Shown: piece by piece, positions 24,420-36,810 of the stretch | Layout: each line of letters starts with the position of its first letter | How positions within the stretch are numbered: the first letter of the stretch is position 1 | Source of the DNA: Monocercomonoides exilis PA203 | Lineage: Eukaryota > Protista > Preaxostyla | Length of the DNA stretch: 64,000 nucleotides | Reading direction: 5' to 3' | Assembly (NCBI GenBank): GCA_001643675.2 | Contig: LSRY02000020.1 | Span: 930,001 to 994,000 of the forward strand | Notes under the pieces: generated by a model | The model's input: the letters and a program-made list of their open reading frames with translations, nothing else | Told to the model about the DNA's origin: nothing | The model's database searches: none | Made by a program: the position numbers and the translations under genes

Positions 24420-27400
24420 ATGAATAAAAATACCAGAGGAAGTGGCGAGAAAAATGGCGGGCGCCCATCTGGACCCCAAACACGCGATGAAATAACTGCC
24501 CCTAGAGGTTTGTTGGCTGTTTTTTCATTATTTTCACCTTTTTTTTCAATGTTTTGCTTCATATCATTCCCAAACACTTCCTTAATGTGTATTCTCTTTG
24601 TATTTGATGAATGCTATTTATTTCCTTGTTTGTTTCGAACAGATGAAAATTCACACAACGTTCACTCACATTTTGATTCAACATCTGATCTTCATGAAAT
24701 TAGAGAGGGTGTGATCAGTGCAGAAAATGAAAGATCGCTGATATTTGAGCCAGAGGAGGAAGAACCGAGTGTGAAGATTGCAAGCTATGAGCCGCCGATT
24801 CCAGCGGTTGAAGATTCCGGAATTTGGTACATCGCCCCTGAGACTGTATGCGAATTCTTTGAATATTCGAAGGATATTGATGATGAATTTTTGAAAAATA
24901 TTTTTTTCTTCAAACGTTTGCACGCTGCATGCAAACATAAATTTGGAACACCCCATAACATCGAAACATTGATTTCTGATTTGCTTGTCGTGCTTTTGCG
25001 ACTTTTTGAAAAATGATTTTTCCGCTTTTTTGATGAATTCTGCGTTGTAAATCATTGATATTTATCCTGACATTGTGCAGATGGCCGATTTATACTTGGG
25101 AAAGTACCCAGGATTCAGCTTTGTTGTTGTGGACTGCAGATATCCGTATGAATATGTATGTTTTCCAATCACATCGCTTCGCACTTATTTTTCTTGAGCC
25201 GAGTGATTTTTTAATTTCCTTTTATGAAGTGTGTGGAGTGTGTTGATGTTTATGCTGTACATTTTTTATTTCGTTTTATTATTTATTTCACTTTATCTCT
25301 CTCTGTGTCGCATATGTGCATCATTGTGTTTCCACAAATGCAGAAAAGAGGACATCTGATAAATGCTGTGAACATATTCACGGCATTCCAGCTGGCGCAA
25401 TTCTTTTTCCTGAATCCAATAGATAGCCCGAATGTCATTTATGTATTTCATTGTGAGTTTTCGACCGTCAGAGGTATTTGCAAGCTTATTTGGTTGTGTT
25501 CTGAAGCATTTGATGATCATGCTTTGCTTTCTTTATCACCCGTTCCGATCACAGCTCCTCTGCTGGCGCGATATCTGCGATACCTCGACCGCTGTGTGAG
25601 AGGAGAATATCCCAAAGTGTATTATCCGCATGTTTTTGTGCTCAAAGAAGGATTCTGCAGAATGTTCGCAACATACAGCAACTCTGAAGTGTGCTCTCTT
25701 ATCTTCTAGTTTTCTCTCTTTATTTTCAATTTCATTTTCTTGCATGTTTCTTTATTTCTTTTTTTGTTGTTGATGCAACTGTTCTTTTACTGTTGGAATA
25801 TTCTACTGCTGTGTTGTGTGTATTGTGTGTGTGTTGTTCAATCGGTCTGATGTCTCGCAGAGGTTCTTTTCGACTGGAGCTGAATACATCAAAATGTACG
25901 AGGAGAAATACGGACTTCAGCGCAAGCAATACAAGGCGGAAAAGAAAAAGGGGAATGATTGGGTAAATGAACTGAAGCATCTGAAAAGAGAAGAGCTGCT
26001 CCGTTCGCTGCCAACAGACTTTGGCTGCGAGGACTTTCTGAAACTGAAAATGGTGCTGGCCGACCCATCCATCGCTGAGGTGTGCTCGATGCCGCCGACG
26101 GATGTGCTGATAGCTGGCATGGACAACGCCAGGCGGAGCAGAAGAGAGAAAGAAGGAAGAGACAGAAAGGGATTCCCCACTGAAGAGATAAAAGAAGAAA
26201 AAGAAGAAGAAGAGAAGGAATGCAAAAGAGAGGCAGACTCAGAAGCCAATCGGGATTCGCCTGTCCAAATCACATCCAACTCACCGCAGAGTGTCGCAGA
26301 AACGCCAAAAGGGCAAATTCGCCCGCTGCCAGTGATATTTGAGATGGCTGCAGCTGGCAAAGAGGCAGCAGGGAAGACGAATGGCAAAGCAAAAGAAGAG
26401 AAGAAGATGCACAACGGCAGTTCTCATCCATGTTGCTTCTCATCTTCGCCTTCAGCATCTTCTTCTTCATCGCCATTTTATACTTCTTCTTCTTCTTCTA
26501 CCCCTTCTTCTTCTTCTTCTTCTTCTTCTTCTTCTTTCTCTTCTTCTTCTTCTTCTTTCTCTTCTTCTTCTTTCTCTTCTTCTTCTTCTTCTTTCTCTTC
26601 TTCTTCTTTCTCTTCTTCTTCTTCTTCTTTCTCTTCTTCTTCTTCCTCTTCGTTCAGTTTTGTCCCATTCGAATTGTCTGCCCAGCTCTCCTCGTCGTTT
26701 GCTGTCTACACGCCCCACACAGCCACCACGCGCATTCTCACAATCGACGGCAAAGACGGCGAAAGGGCTGAAGACGAAGCAGACGAAAGTGCTGCGACGC
26801 TTGCTGCTCGTTTGGCATCTGGCAGAATGTGCTTTGTGGAGTCGCCTTCAATCTCACTTTCATCTTCTTCTTTGATGAGTGCTTCTTCTGCCTCTTCTGC
26901 CTCTTCTGCTTCTTCTGCCTCTTCTTCCTCTTCCTTCCTTCTTCGTCCATCTGCTCTGACTGTGCCAGAAGTTCTGCTCATGCAACGCCTTGTGGAAGAA
27001 GAAAATTGCAGCCCCAAAGGCAAAAACAAGAAAAACAACAGAAAGGATGAATCTGATTGTGAAGTGGAAGAAGAGGAAGGGGAAGAGGAGGAAGAAGAAG
27101 AAGAGAAAGAGAAAGAGAAAGACGAAGGAGTTGCAGATGTTGACAGCGACTCGTCAGACATTCTGTCGCTTCCGCACTTTCCAGGAAGCAACAGCCTGCC
27201 ATTCGACTGCAACTTGCCATCGGCAAACTTAGAAAACGACGACGACGCTTTTCTGATGAACATTTCGAGACATCCGCCTTCTTCTGAGCAGCAGAAACAG
27301 CCTTCACTTTCTTCTCTGCCTGAAACACAAACAGAAACACAGCCTTCTGACAACGAAATTATTCCAATTCTTCCTTCTTCTTCTTCCTCCTCCTCCTCTT

Positions 27401-28260
27401 CCTCATCTTCTCTCTCTTCTTCTCCATCTGCAGCCTCATCCAGCACTCCTTCTGCTGAGCGTTCTCCTTCGCTGCTGCTGACACCCTCGCACTTCTTCCA
27501 CTTCTCGCCTGTGACGTCGCCTGATGTGAATCCCCCGCTGCCTGACGAGCTGTCCCCGCAGACGCTTTCAGACTGCCTGGACATCGCATCAGCAGCTGCA
27601 CAGCCAGCGCTGTTCTGCGCCTCGCCTTCTGCCTGGACAGCACTCCCCACACGCTGCCTGCCTCCAAACAGCAGCCCCGCCGATGTGCCTGCATATCCCC
27701 CTTCTTTTGCACCTGCTTTTGAGTCTGCTTTTGCAGCAGAGCCTGCGCCTGCCTCTTCGCTTGGGCTGGCGGGGCTTCTGAGGGCAGCAGCAGAAATGGG
27801 CAGATGGCAGGGCAGCTGGGCAGCAGAGAAAGAGAACAGCTCGAAAGACGGGAGGGAAGAAGGAGAGAATCCAGTCAGCCCAGAACAGAGTGAAGAAGTG
27901 CTTGGAAACAGAGGCCAAAGCCAAAACCAAAACCAAAGCCAAAGCCAAAGGAGAGGGGCAGTCAGCGGAAGAGCGGGCATTGCATTCCGCCTGTTGGACT
28001 CACCTGTGCAGCCGAATGTGTCTGTGCCGACACAAACACCGAACTGTTCAGGCAGACGCAACTTGTGTGCAGCACATTCAGCAGACACAGCCACAGACAC
28101 AGCTGTTGAATTGCACATGGCATCTGAATCGAGAATGCCATCAGCTGCACCGAGGGAGTCTTTCTTGCCTTCTTCTTCTCTTTTTGCTCCCAACAGCTCC
28201 TCTGTCTTTGAATCTGATGGGTTTCTGAGAGCGCCATTTCTGAGGAATGGCTCAGTGTAG
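24420..28260 (+). CDS. CDC25: Cdc25-like (rhodanese-fold) dual-specificity phosphatase with a very long low-complexity C-terminal tail, multi-exon
   Basis: Spliced pieces: YIAPETV; VVVDCRYPYEY (~25125-25157); GHLINAVNI; YVFHCEFSTVR; APLLARYLRYLDR...YYPHVFVLKEGF. These are the Cdc25 CH2A/CH2B motifs and HCEFS..R active site. ORF 25816-28260 supplies the tail. Confidence 0.85.
26461..26650 (+). repeat. (TCT)n microsatellite with periodic TTC interruptions encoding poly-Ser
   Basis: Direct reading of tcttcttct...ttctct units inside the Cdc25 tail. Confidence 0.9.
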
Positions 28261-29571
28261 ATTGAGCGGCAGAAGAGGAGGCCAAGCGAAGAGAATTGCT
28301 GATGGAAGCAATGAAGATGAAGATGGCGTTGTGCATCAATCATTTGGAACGTCGGAGTTAGTATTTTGAGAAGCTTATGTGCGGGTATGTGGTGGAACAG
28401 GACAAAATGATGATGAAACTTAAAGGACGGAAGAAGACGAAAGCGCGGGTCATTTGATCAAGCACAAGACGGCTGTTTTATGAAGCTTTGTTTTATATCT
28501 CTGATTGGCAGACAAAAGAACGGTTATTTTTATTTTGTTTGTAATTATTATAATTCATCTTCCTCAATTGGTTGCTTGCTGTTTCGTTTCACTTCTTCAC
28601 TCGTGTTTTCATATCTGTGAGTATTTTTGTGGGATCCGTTCATTGCGTTCACATTCATACACATTTCTTCTTCTTCTTATTCTTCTTCTTTTTCTTCTTC
28701 AACTATATCATATTATTATTATTATCTTCTTCTTCTAATAATAATAATAATATTTCTTCCATTTTTGTTTTGATGAGCTTATTGCGTCAGAAACAACGCT
28801 AAGGATTTTTTGTATTTTTGTTGGGCTTGTATTTCCATTTGCGCCCTGTTGCGTGTCTTGTCGGTTGTTCTTGTCTGCCTGTCCTGCCGTTGAAAGTCCA
28901 CTTTCTCGCTGTTTGCGCCTTCTTCCTTCCTCTTCGTGCTGTATTTATTCATTCCATGCATTCAGTTGCATTGGACACTCTTTTCAGTCTCTTTCTTCAA
29001 ATTTCTCTTTCTCTTTTCTCTTTTTCCTTCTCTTTCTCTGTTGCTTTCTTCCTTTTCTCAACAACGTTCTTCTCTTTCTCATCGGACTCTTATCACCTCA
29101 CCTGATGCGTTTGCCCTTGTTTGTATTATGCTTACACAACGATTTATTTGCGTATTTATGAAGTCTTTTATAAATAGTATTTTTATTTTGTGCCTTTTTT
29201 CTCTTTCTCATTCTCTCATTCTCATTCTCTCTTTCCCAGCTATGTCACATTCATGTATTCTTTTTGCTTTGCTTTGAAATGTTTATTTGAGATTAAAGTG
29301 CCTATTTCACATGCCTTTTATTTTGAAAGTCTTCTTCATTTTGCGACTGTTTTTAAAATAGGCATCGGAATGTTACAACACTATTTGGATTAATTGCGAA
29401 TTCTCTCTCTTTTTTTTCTTTGTTTAATTTTTTTATTGTTGCTACCACAAGATGGCTTGCAAATTAAAAAAAATGTAATTTTGTGGTTAATAATAAAAAG
29501 CTAAAATAATTGTAATAAAAAGGTTTTGATGTTTTTCCAAATTCAATGCAAATGTCGGTGCATCAACGCTT

Positions 29572-31929
29572 TCATTCTGCGCGGAACATGAAATCCGAGG
29601 AAAAGGCTGAAACTGGTTGGTAGAAAGGTGACTTTAGAGAAGAACTTTCCGGTCTGTTGTGCTCGATAATAGGCGCGTTTTCATTGTGTGACGTGTCAAT
29701 TGCTGAATTTCGTGCTTTGAGATGCTTCCTACCATCATTGACAATTTTGGATGCACTTTTCTGAGTTGCAGATGAAAATGCTGAAATGATTTTTGTTGAT
29801 ATTGGTGCGGCAACTACCAAAGGCAAAGGCGAATAAGGAGAGTTGTGCAAATGTGCAGCTCTGGGAGAAGGTCGAAGAATACGCGGAGGAGGAGTTCCGA
29901 CCAGCGAAGGCACAACCTCAGGCTGTTTGCTTTCCTCTCTGGATTCTGCTGCAGAAATTGAAAGAGGTGGCGAATGATGTTGAGACAGATGTGATTGCGA
30001 TGTGGATGATGAAGATGACAATGAAGATGAGGTTGATTGTTGTGGAAAATCATTTTTTTCTTTGCTTTGCTCTTCATCAGCATGAACTTCGGAATTGATT
30101 TTTTCGATTTTTTCTTTCTCTTCCTTTCTCTCGTTTTGCTCAGTCCTTTCTCTTTTCTGCTCTGCTCTCTCATCATCAGGTGTGTTCTTTTTCTTTCTCT
30201 CTCTCTTCTTTTTTCTTTCTTTTTTACGCTCTTCATCCTTTCTGTCATTACCATCTTCTTCTTCTTCTTCTTCTTCTTCTTCTTCTTCTTCTTCTTCTTC
30301 TTCTTCTTCTTCAAAGCGCTCTTCTCTCTTTTCATGCACTTTCTTGGTTCTTCTCATCAGCTTGTCAAACACACTTTCATTCATCTTTTGCTTGTGACTC
30401 CTTTTTCTTTTGCTCTCTTTTGCCCTCTTCCTCTGTTTTCTCTTTCTCCACTCTTCCACCTCCTTTCCCTCAAATGCATCCCAGCCGTTGTCTTCCTCCT
30501 CCTCCAGCAGATTCACAGCATTCTTTTCAAAAGCAAACGAGCGCGGAAATGAAGAATCTTGCAGCAGAACTGCTGATGGCATTGAAGGAATCGACGGAGA
30601 ATATGAGTGTGAAGGGATGGTTGATACAAACACATCTGGCTGCAAAGGATAAAGAAGCGAAATGGATGCTGTGGTCGGTCGCTGCACAGAAGACGCTGCT
30701 GAGGCAGACGCGGAAAGAAACGAAGATGGGAAGGGATTCGGTGTCAGTTCACGCGCTGGTGAATCTGGTGAATAAGATGAAGGAAAAAGACTTCTTTTCA
30801 GAACACCTGTTGAAAATGAATTCTTTTCTTTCTGGTGAACAATGGAAGAAGGGGGTGATGATATTAATTCCGAAGAAGAAGAGATGGAGCCATCTTCATC
30901 GTCTTCCACAACTGCAACAATACTTCTCTTCTTTTGTTTCCCCTTGTTCTTCTGCTCCTTTTCTTTCAAACTCTTTTCTTTTGTTGATCTCCTCCTCTTT
31001 TCCTTCTCTTTCATTCTTGTGGGGTCTTTTTCCTTCTCTCTTTTATCGTCTCCAGTTTCTTTTTCTTCCTTCTCTTTTCTAACTTTCCCATCGTCTTCCT
31101 TCTCTTTGTTTTCTTCTGTCAAACAGCTATCATCAAAATAATCCATAACCCCATTCTGCTCTACAAGCAAGCCTTCATCTTTCCTTTCCTCTTCCTTTTT
31201 CTCTCCATTAGCGTCATCCAGCAACAAAGGAGATGAAGGAGAATTGCCCAAGGTCTGCACTGGCGAAATGGGTGTTATGGATGTTTCAAAGGGAGAAAAA
31301 CTTGTCGATTGCGGAGGTTTTGGAGGAGGTGTTGAATGGGAAAGAATCAAAGGAGGAGAAGATATAGAAGAAGAGATATCTGAATTCTTTTGATTGTTAT
31401 TTGAATGCCCTGCACGATTCATCTGCTTTTTTGGTGTATTTTGGATGGGAGAAGATTCTGAAGAAAAGGTTGATATTTCAGAAGTTGATGATGAAACCAT
31501 TTCAGGAAGATTAACTGGACTTTGTGTGTGCGTTTGTATTGAAGGCAGATGAGGTGAAAGAGACGAAGAAGGCGCATCAATAAAAGAATCTTCTGTTTGC
31601 ATGTGAGCAGATGATTCAAAAGGCTCAGAAGATGGTAATGGAGAATCACTTGAGAATAAACTAGAACGAGAAGGTGTTGGGGAAGGTGAAGAAGATGCAG
31701 TGTTATTATCCTTTGCCTTTGAATGTGTCGTTGATGATGATGATTCCGAAGCAGAGTCTGGAGGAAGACGAAGCTGTGAAGCACTTAAATGTGATGAAGA
31801 TATTGTTGCCTTTTTCACTTCATTTGCGATGTGCTGGTCATGAAGTGGAGATGTTACAGCATCAGATGTTGTGGTCGAAATAGTCGAAGGAAACAACAAA
31901 TTTCTTGAAAGAGAAGAAGAAGAAGACAA
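29572..31929 (-). CDS. Hypothetical low-complexity Ser/Pro- and Lys/Glu-rich protein (5' exon/start not defined)
   Basis: 785-codon open frame with the same compositional bias as neighbouring real genes; no recognisable domain. Confidence 0.5.
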   Translation of the reverse strand: MSSSSSLSRNLLFPSTISTTTSDAVTSPLHDQHIANEVKKATISSSHLSASQLRLPPDSASESSSSTTHSKAKDNNTASSSPSPTPSRSSLFSSDSPLPSSEPFESSAHMQTEDSFIDAPSSSLSPHLPSIQTHTQSPVNLPEMVSSSTSEISTFSSESSPIQNTPKKQMNRAGHSNNNQKNSDISSSISSPPLILSHSTPPPKPPQSTSFSPFETSITPISPVQTLGNSPSSPLLLDDANGEKKEEERKDEGLLVEQNGVMDYFDDSCLTEENKEKEDDGKVRKEKEEKETGDDKREKEKDPTRMKEKEKRRRSTKEKSLKEKEQKNKGKQKKRSIVAVVEDDEDGSISSSSELISSPPSSIVHQKEKNSFSTGVLKRSLFPSSYSPDSPARELTPNPFPSSFLSASASAASSVQRPTTASISLLYPLQPDVFVSTIPSHSYSPSIPSMPSAVLLQDSSFPRSFAFEKNAVNLLEEEEDNGWDAFEGKEVEEWRKRKQRKRAKESKRKRSHKQKMNESVFDKLMRRTKKVHEKREERFEEEEEEEEEEEEEEEEEEEDGNDRKDEERKKERKKKRERKKKNTPDDERAEQKRERTEQNERKEEKEKIEKINSEVHADEEQSKEKNDFPQQSTSSSLSSSSSTSQSHLSQHHSPPLSISAAESREESKQPEVVPSLVGTPPPRILRPSPRAAHLHNSPYSPLPLVVAAPISTKIISAFSSATQKSASKIVNDGRKHLKARNSAIDTSHNENAPIIEHNRPESSSLKSPFYQPVSAFSSDFMFRAE

Positions 31930-32170
31930 TGCAGATGAATATTCAGTTTTTTCAAAAATATTAACGAATACACCTCACAAACAACAAACCAAATAATGCT
32001 TTCATCTTTCTTTTGACTTCCGATTAGCATCAGCTTGTATAGATAATCTCAGAAAAAAAATTCATTTCATAACAAAAAATTTTAAATTAGCTATTTTTTT
32101 TAAATAAGAAATGAATGCTAATATTGCGTTAAAAAACACATCAGAAAATATTTAACAAAAATCAATTGAT

Positions 32171-32620
32171 TTACTCCTCTTCTTCGTTTCCAGTTTTGGA
32201 TTTCTTTGGAATAAGAGCGCTGTGGATGTTGGGCATCACACCTCCAGATGGAACTGTGATGTGTGAGAGAAGTTTGTTCAACTCTTCGTCGTTGCGGATA
32301 GCCAACTGGATATGTCTGGGAACAATTCTCTGCTTCTTGTGATCACGAGATGCGTTTCCTGCAAGTTCCAACACTTCGGCTGTTAAGTATTCCAAAACAG
32401 CAGCTAAGTACACTGGTGCTCCTGCTCCAATTCTTTCAGCATAACTTCCTTGGTGCAACAGACGATGGATACGCCCAACAGGGAACTGCAGTCCTGCGCG
32501 CTCTGAGCGAGACTTTGATTTCTTGTCACCGTCAGCTTTCTTAACACGCACTGGTGCTTTCTTTGCAACCTCAACACGCTTCTTGTCTGCAGATTCAGAT
32601 TCAATTTTTTTAGCTGGCAT
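32171..32620 (-). CDS. H2A: Histone H2A
   Basis: [19 protein letters not shown]...[28 protein letters not shown]...[21 protein letters not shown]...GGVMPNIH; intronless. Confidence 0.98.
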   Translation of the reverse strand: MPAKKIESESADKKRVEVAKKAPVRVKKADGDKKSKSRSERAGLQFPVGRIHRLLHQGSYAERIGAGAPVYLAAVLEYLTAEVLELAGNASRDHKKQRIVPRHIQLAIRNDEELNKLLSHITVPSGGVMPNIHSALIPKKSKTGNEEEE

Positions 32621-33137
32621 AATTATATTAAAATTTCAATTCTTTCAAAAAGAACTAAAATAAAACAAATATCCAGATAACTTTTATAATAATTACAATT
32701 AACCTTCATTTGATTTGCACACAACACAAAAATATATATTTAGGTTCTGATCAATTTTTTCAACAATTCAATTTTATCGTTCAATTTTTTCTCAGTGCGT
32801 TTGCTTAATGTAGAAAATTACATAAACTATCCAAATTTTTAACCAGATTACATGGAGATTATTTAATTCGAGAATGCTTAAAAAATGAAAGAATTTCTTT
32901 TATTCGGGTTGTGATTGATTATGAAACTTGATTCTTTCATTCATTTCATCCTTAAAATCCTCATTTCTTTTCATTTTCTTTTTTCTAAATCGTTAAAAAA
33001 ATGCTTTTTGGAATTCATATTCATAATTTAAAGTTTTTGAATTCATATTCAACAATTTAGATGATAAAAAGAATGACATTCAACGGAAAAAAAATCATAA
33101 TCTAAGTTTTATTTGTGAAGAAATTACCTTTTTGAAA

Positions 33138-33948
33138 TCATTTTTCTTCATTTTGTTTCTCTTCCTGAGGTGAAGTTGAAGCAGAAGAAGGCACTGATGA
33201 TGATGATGCTGCATCTTTCATTGCAAAATCTCTCATTCTAGCAATGCATAAAGGCTGTTTCATATTAACAATATTGGCTACAAAGCTTGGAACCATTCCT
33301 CCCAAGTCCACTTGTCCCAAATAAAACACCTTTGTTCTTGTTGGAGATTCCGCAATCATTCTTGTTCCAGAAATTAGGCACGTAGCTCTAACAAAGCCCT
33401 TCATGACAGGGCATTTTTCATGTATTATCGATGTTTGAGCATCGATGTATTCAGTGTCAGATAAATGATCTGTGTAAAACACACAGAAATCTCGATTTGA
33501 GGCTGCTCCACCGTTGAACTTCGAATGAATCACTTTCACGTGTTCGGATATATCCTCTACAACTTCGTTTCCCATCATTTGCTCATTCCATTGCTTTCTT
33601 TTTTCCGCATCTTTGACAACAGAAACCACTTTGTATTTTTTTTTTAAATATGAAAAAGCTCCAAAAAAGAGATCAAACTTGTTGCAAGAGGCTGATCAAC
33701 ATATCCGACACCCCTAAATTGACGATACTTTGTTGATACTACAATTTATTGAAAAAAATCATGATATTAAAAAAAATATATATAAAAACACCTTTTCCTT
33801 CAAAAATATCAACTCCGGAATCTGTTTTCGACTTTTTCCATAGTGACTCATCTTCGGACATTTTTCTCATACGATCAAGGAGTTCATCTGCATTCGGAAA
33901 TGTTGAAACTTGCTCTTTTGACATTTTGATCGATTTTGATGCCAACAT
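33138..33948 (-). CDS. START-domain lipid-binding protein (about 3 exons)
   Basis: W..SK...GVDIFE; RKQWNEQM...VVE.I; SNRDFCV; HEKCP...GFVRA; TKVFYLGQVDLGGMVPSFVAN are START-domain motifs. Confidence 0.85.
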
Positions 33949-34980
33949 TTAAAATAAAGATAATTCAAATTCTTATTAGGAATAATTTTTTTTGTTTTAT
34001 GAATTTTGTTCCACGAAGTTCTTTCAAATATTTTTTTCGATTTTTCATGTTTTTTAAATAAATGTAACACTATGATTTTTGAATAATAATCATTCGATTT
34101 CAGAAAAAGTTTGGTACAAAACATCGAATTTTTCTAAATGAAAGAATTCAATCAATATGAGTTAAATATCGGTCGATGTCACCTTTGTTGGACGTTCTAT
34201 TTTTTTGTAAATTATTAAAGATAAGGGTGATTTATAAACCCGAAAATTTTTATGAAAACCCGAACAAAAAATAAATAAATTATTATTGTGGATAGTGTAT
34301 TGATTTTGTGTCTAAAAATATATTAATAATAAATAAGCCTCTGCGACACAAAAAATAAAAGTCCAATTTGTCGATCGAGCAGACAAGCTTGTGTCGAAAA
34401 GTTATTATAAGCGAATAAATTCATTTTTTTTTTTAATTAAATAGCATTTTTCAAATTTTCAACGAATTTATCAATGCTAAATTTTCTGTTTATTGTTTTT
34501 TATGTATAATCAAAAATTATTTTGCTTATTGAAAAATATTTTGTGAAATTTGGAAATGAATATTTAATTATATGATTCGATCAATTTGAAAACTGCTTTC
34601 CTTGATGTTATTTTATTTCCATTAACAATTATTCTTTCTTACGGGAAAAACATTTGAAACTTTTCTCATCTCTATTATTTGCAATTTTGACATCAAAGGT
34701 ATTCATTCAAATTCGCATTACAGTCTAAACCGGATATAATCACATCGGTTTTTGCACAACTTTTTGTGACTATATCCGATTGTGATTATGCACGATTATG
34801 CTTAACATAGAAAAAAATAAAAATAAATTTTGGAAATAATAAATTTTGGGTCGATTTTTTTATTTTTGGAAATTCAATACAAATACACTTTTTTCTCTTG
34901 CTTGAACAATTTTTTCCATTAATACATATAATTTTGACTTATTTGAGAACATTTTTGAAAAAGCGAAAAATTGAAATTTT

Positions 34981-36382
34981 GGCATATTGTAAATATAGCG
35001 GAAATTGAATTTTAATAATTAATACTTAAAAATACAACGAAGTTAATCATTGGTTGTTTGTGAAAAATGTTTTCGTTGAAAAAATTCGTTTTTCATTCTC
35101 ATATTTTTTATTTATGAAATGTTTGTTTTTCACATGTTTATGGGTTTTGATCCTTGTTGTGATGCAATTTCCTGAAGCAACAGAGAGTAGAATTTCAATT
35201 GCTGATTTATCCAGTATATTTCATGATGCCGATAGAGCCTGGAAGTGGTTTTTTGAAAAAGCTTTTTCGAATAAACCGAAAAAATGCTCAAAATGTCGGA
35301 AAGATATGAAAATATACAGTGAGCGAATTAATTTTCGATATTTCCATTGTTCATCTTGCAGAATAAAACGATCTGTTTTGCACGGAACTGTGTTCAGCAA
35401 AAGCAAATTGCCCTTTCACAAAATTATGATTGTTATTTTATTCAGTTGGATTGGATTAGCTTCAAAACATATTAAAATGTTAACAGATGTGTCTTACTAC
35501 ACAATTGGTTATTGGAAAAGCGTCATTAGAGTGGTTTGCACAAGGATATGGAATAAATCTATGGAGAAAATTGGAGGGATTGGAAAAGTGGTGGAAATCG
35601 ACGAGGCAGTTTGGAGGAGGAGAAAATATGCGAGAGGAAGAAAAAAGGATCCATTGTGGATATTCGGCGCAGTGGAAAGAAAAGAAGGTGGAGGCGCAGG
35701 GAGGAATTTCGTAATGATAGTACCCAACCGTTCAAAAGAAACATTAATTCCGATCATAAAAAAATGGATTCTCCCAGGAACTACAATTTTCAGCGATGAA
35801 TGGAGAAGTTATTCTTGCCTCGGAGAATGTGGATATACACATTTAACTGTATGTCACAAGAGAAACTTTGTCGATCCAATAACAAAGGCGTGCACGAATA
35901 CTGTGGAAGGTCTCTGGAGTCATTTAAGGGGTTTTTTCCCTCGTCATGGAGTTAGAAAAACATTTATTGAGGATTGTTTATCAATGTGGCTTGTTCAACG
36001 CAATTTACATATTAATTTCGAAGATCTTTTTTCTGAATTAATCAAATTTCAGCCTGAAATACAACCCATTATAATTTCTGATCAAAAAGAAATCGAAGAA
36101 ATAGATGAAGAAGTTCCAGATGCAGATGACTTACTTGGCGCTGATGAGGAAAGTGAAACGGAGGATGATGAATTGCGTGCTGGGGATGGTTTGGATGCTT
36201 CATAATATGTCGATGATAAATTATTCACAACACACAATTTTTCCGAATCTTTTCTTGTTGTCATTTGATATTTCTTAATAATACATTATTATTCAAACAC
36301 ATATTAACACATAACACTTTTCAAACAGGTCAAACTTTTTAAAACACTGATTTTTGAAATTCCGCTATATTTATAATTTGCC
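34981..36382 (+). mobile_element. Intact Merlin (IS1016/IS1595-related) DNA transposon
   Basis: Left TIR ggcatattgtaaatatagcggaa (34981-35003); the right TIR reverse-complements to ggcaaattataaatatagcggaa (ending 36382). Perfect 8-bp TSD gaaatttt at 34973-34980 and 36383-36390. Confidence 0.95.
35162..36205 (+). CDS. Merlin/ISXO2-like DDE transposase (start could be 35114 or 35162)
   Basis: N-terminal CSKC...CSSC zinc finger; KIGGIGKVVEIDE, RRKYARGR, WIFGAVER, VPNRSKETLIPII, TIFSDEWRSY, HLTVCH..NFVDP, TNTVEGLW. Confidence 0.95.
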   Translation: MQFPEATESRISIADLSSIFHDADRAWKWFFEKAFSNKPKKCSKCRKDMKIYSERINFRYFHCSSCRIKRSVLHGTVFSKSKLPFHKIMIVILFSWIGLASKHIKMLTDVSYYTIGYWKSVIRVVCTRIWNKSMEKIGGIGKVVEIDEAVWRRRKYARGRKKDPLWIFGAVERKEGGGAGRNFVMIVPNRSKETLIPIIKKWILPGTTIFSDEWRSYSCLGECGYTHLTVCHKRNFVDPITKACTNTVEGLWSHLRGFFPRHGVRKTFIEDCLSMWLVQRNLHINFEDLFSELIKFQPEIQPIIISDQKEIEEIDEEVPDADDLLGADEESETEDDELRAGDGLDAS

Positions 36383-36810
36383 GAAATTTTTGATGAAAAA
36401 ATCGATTTTTCATAAGATGAAATATGAATAGACTTATTCAATTCAAATAAACCCATTTAATTCAAATAAAGTTGGCTTATTTTAAATGAAGTTGGTTCAT
36501 TTTAAATATAGATAATAAATTCAAATTAACGCTGAAATCCATCCTGGAAAAGTATTGAAAAACAATATAACATTTTTAAAAATTGCTTGTTGGTTCATTT
36601 GGTGATGTTTTTTTAAGTATTTTTAACCTAATTTTTAACAACAATTTTGATCTTTTTGTCTTTTATTGGAAATGTGCAAAATTACAAAAAAAAAATGAGC
36701 TTCAAATACAAAATAATAAAAAATTTAGTGAGTTGACTGTTTGTTTTGCTTATATTTTTGTGTTTATTTTGAAAAAAACACAGATGGTGAGATAATTATT
36801 TGGATAAATA

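Noticed and set aside
26339-31141. Long antisense and alternate-frame ORFs (e.g. 26706-28343 minus, 30180-31082 plus)
   Set aside because: These are shadows of low-complexity TCT/GAA-rich coding sequence that lacks stops in other frames.
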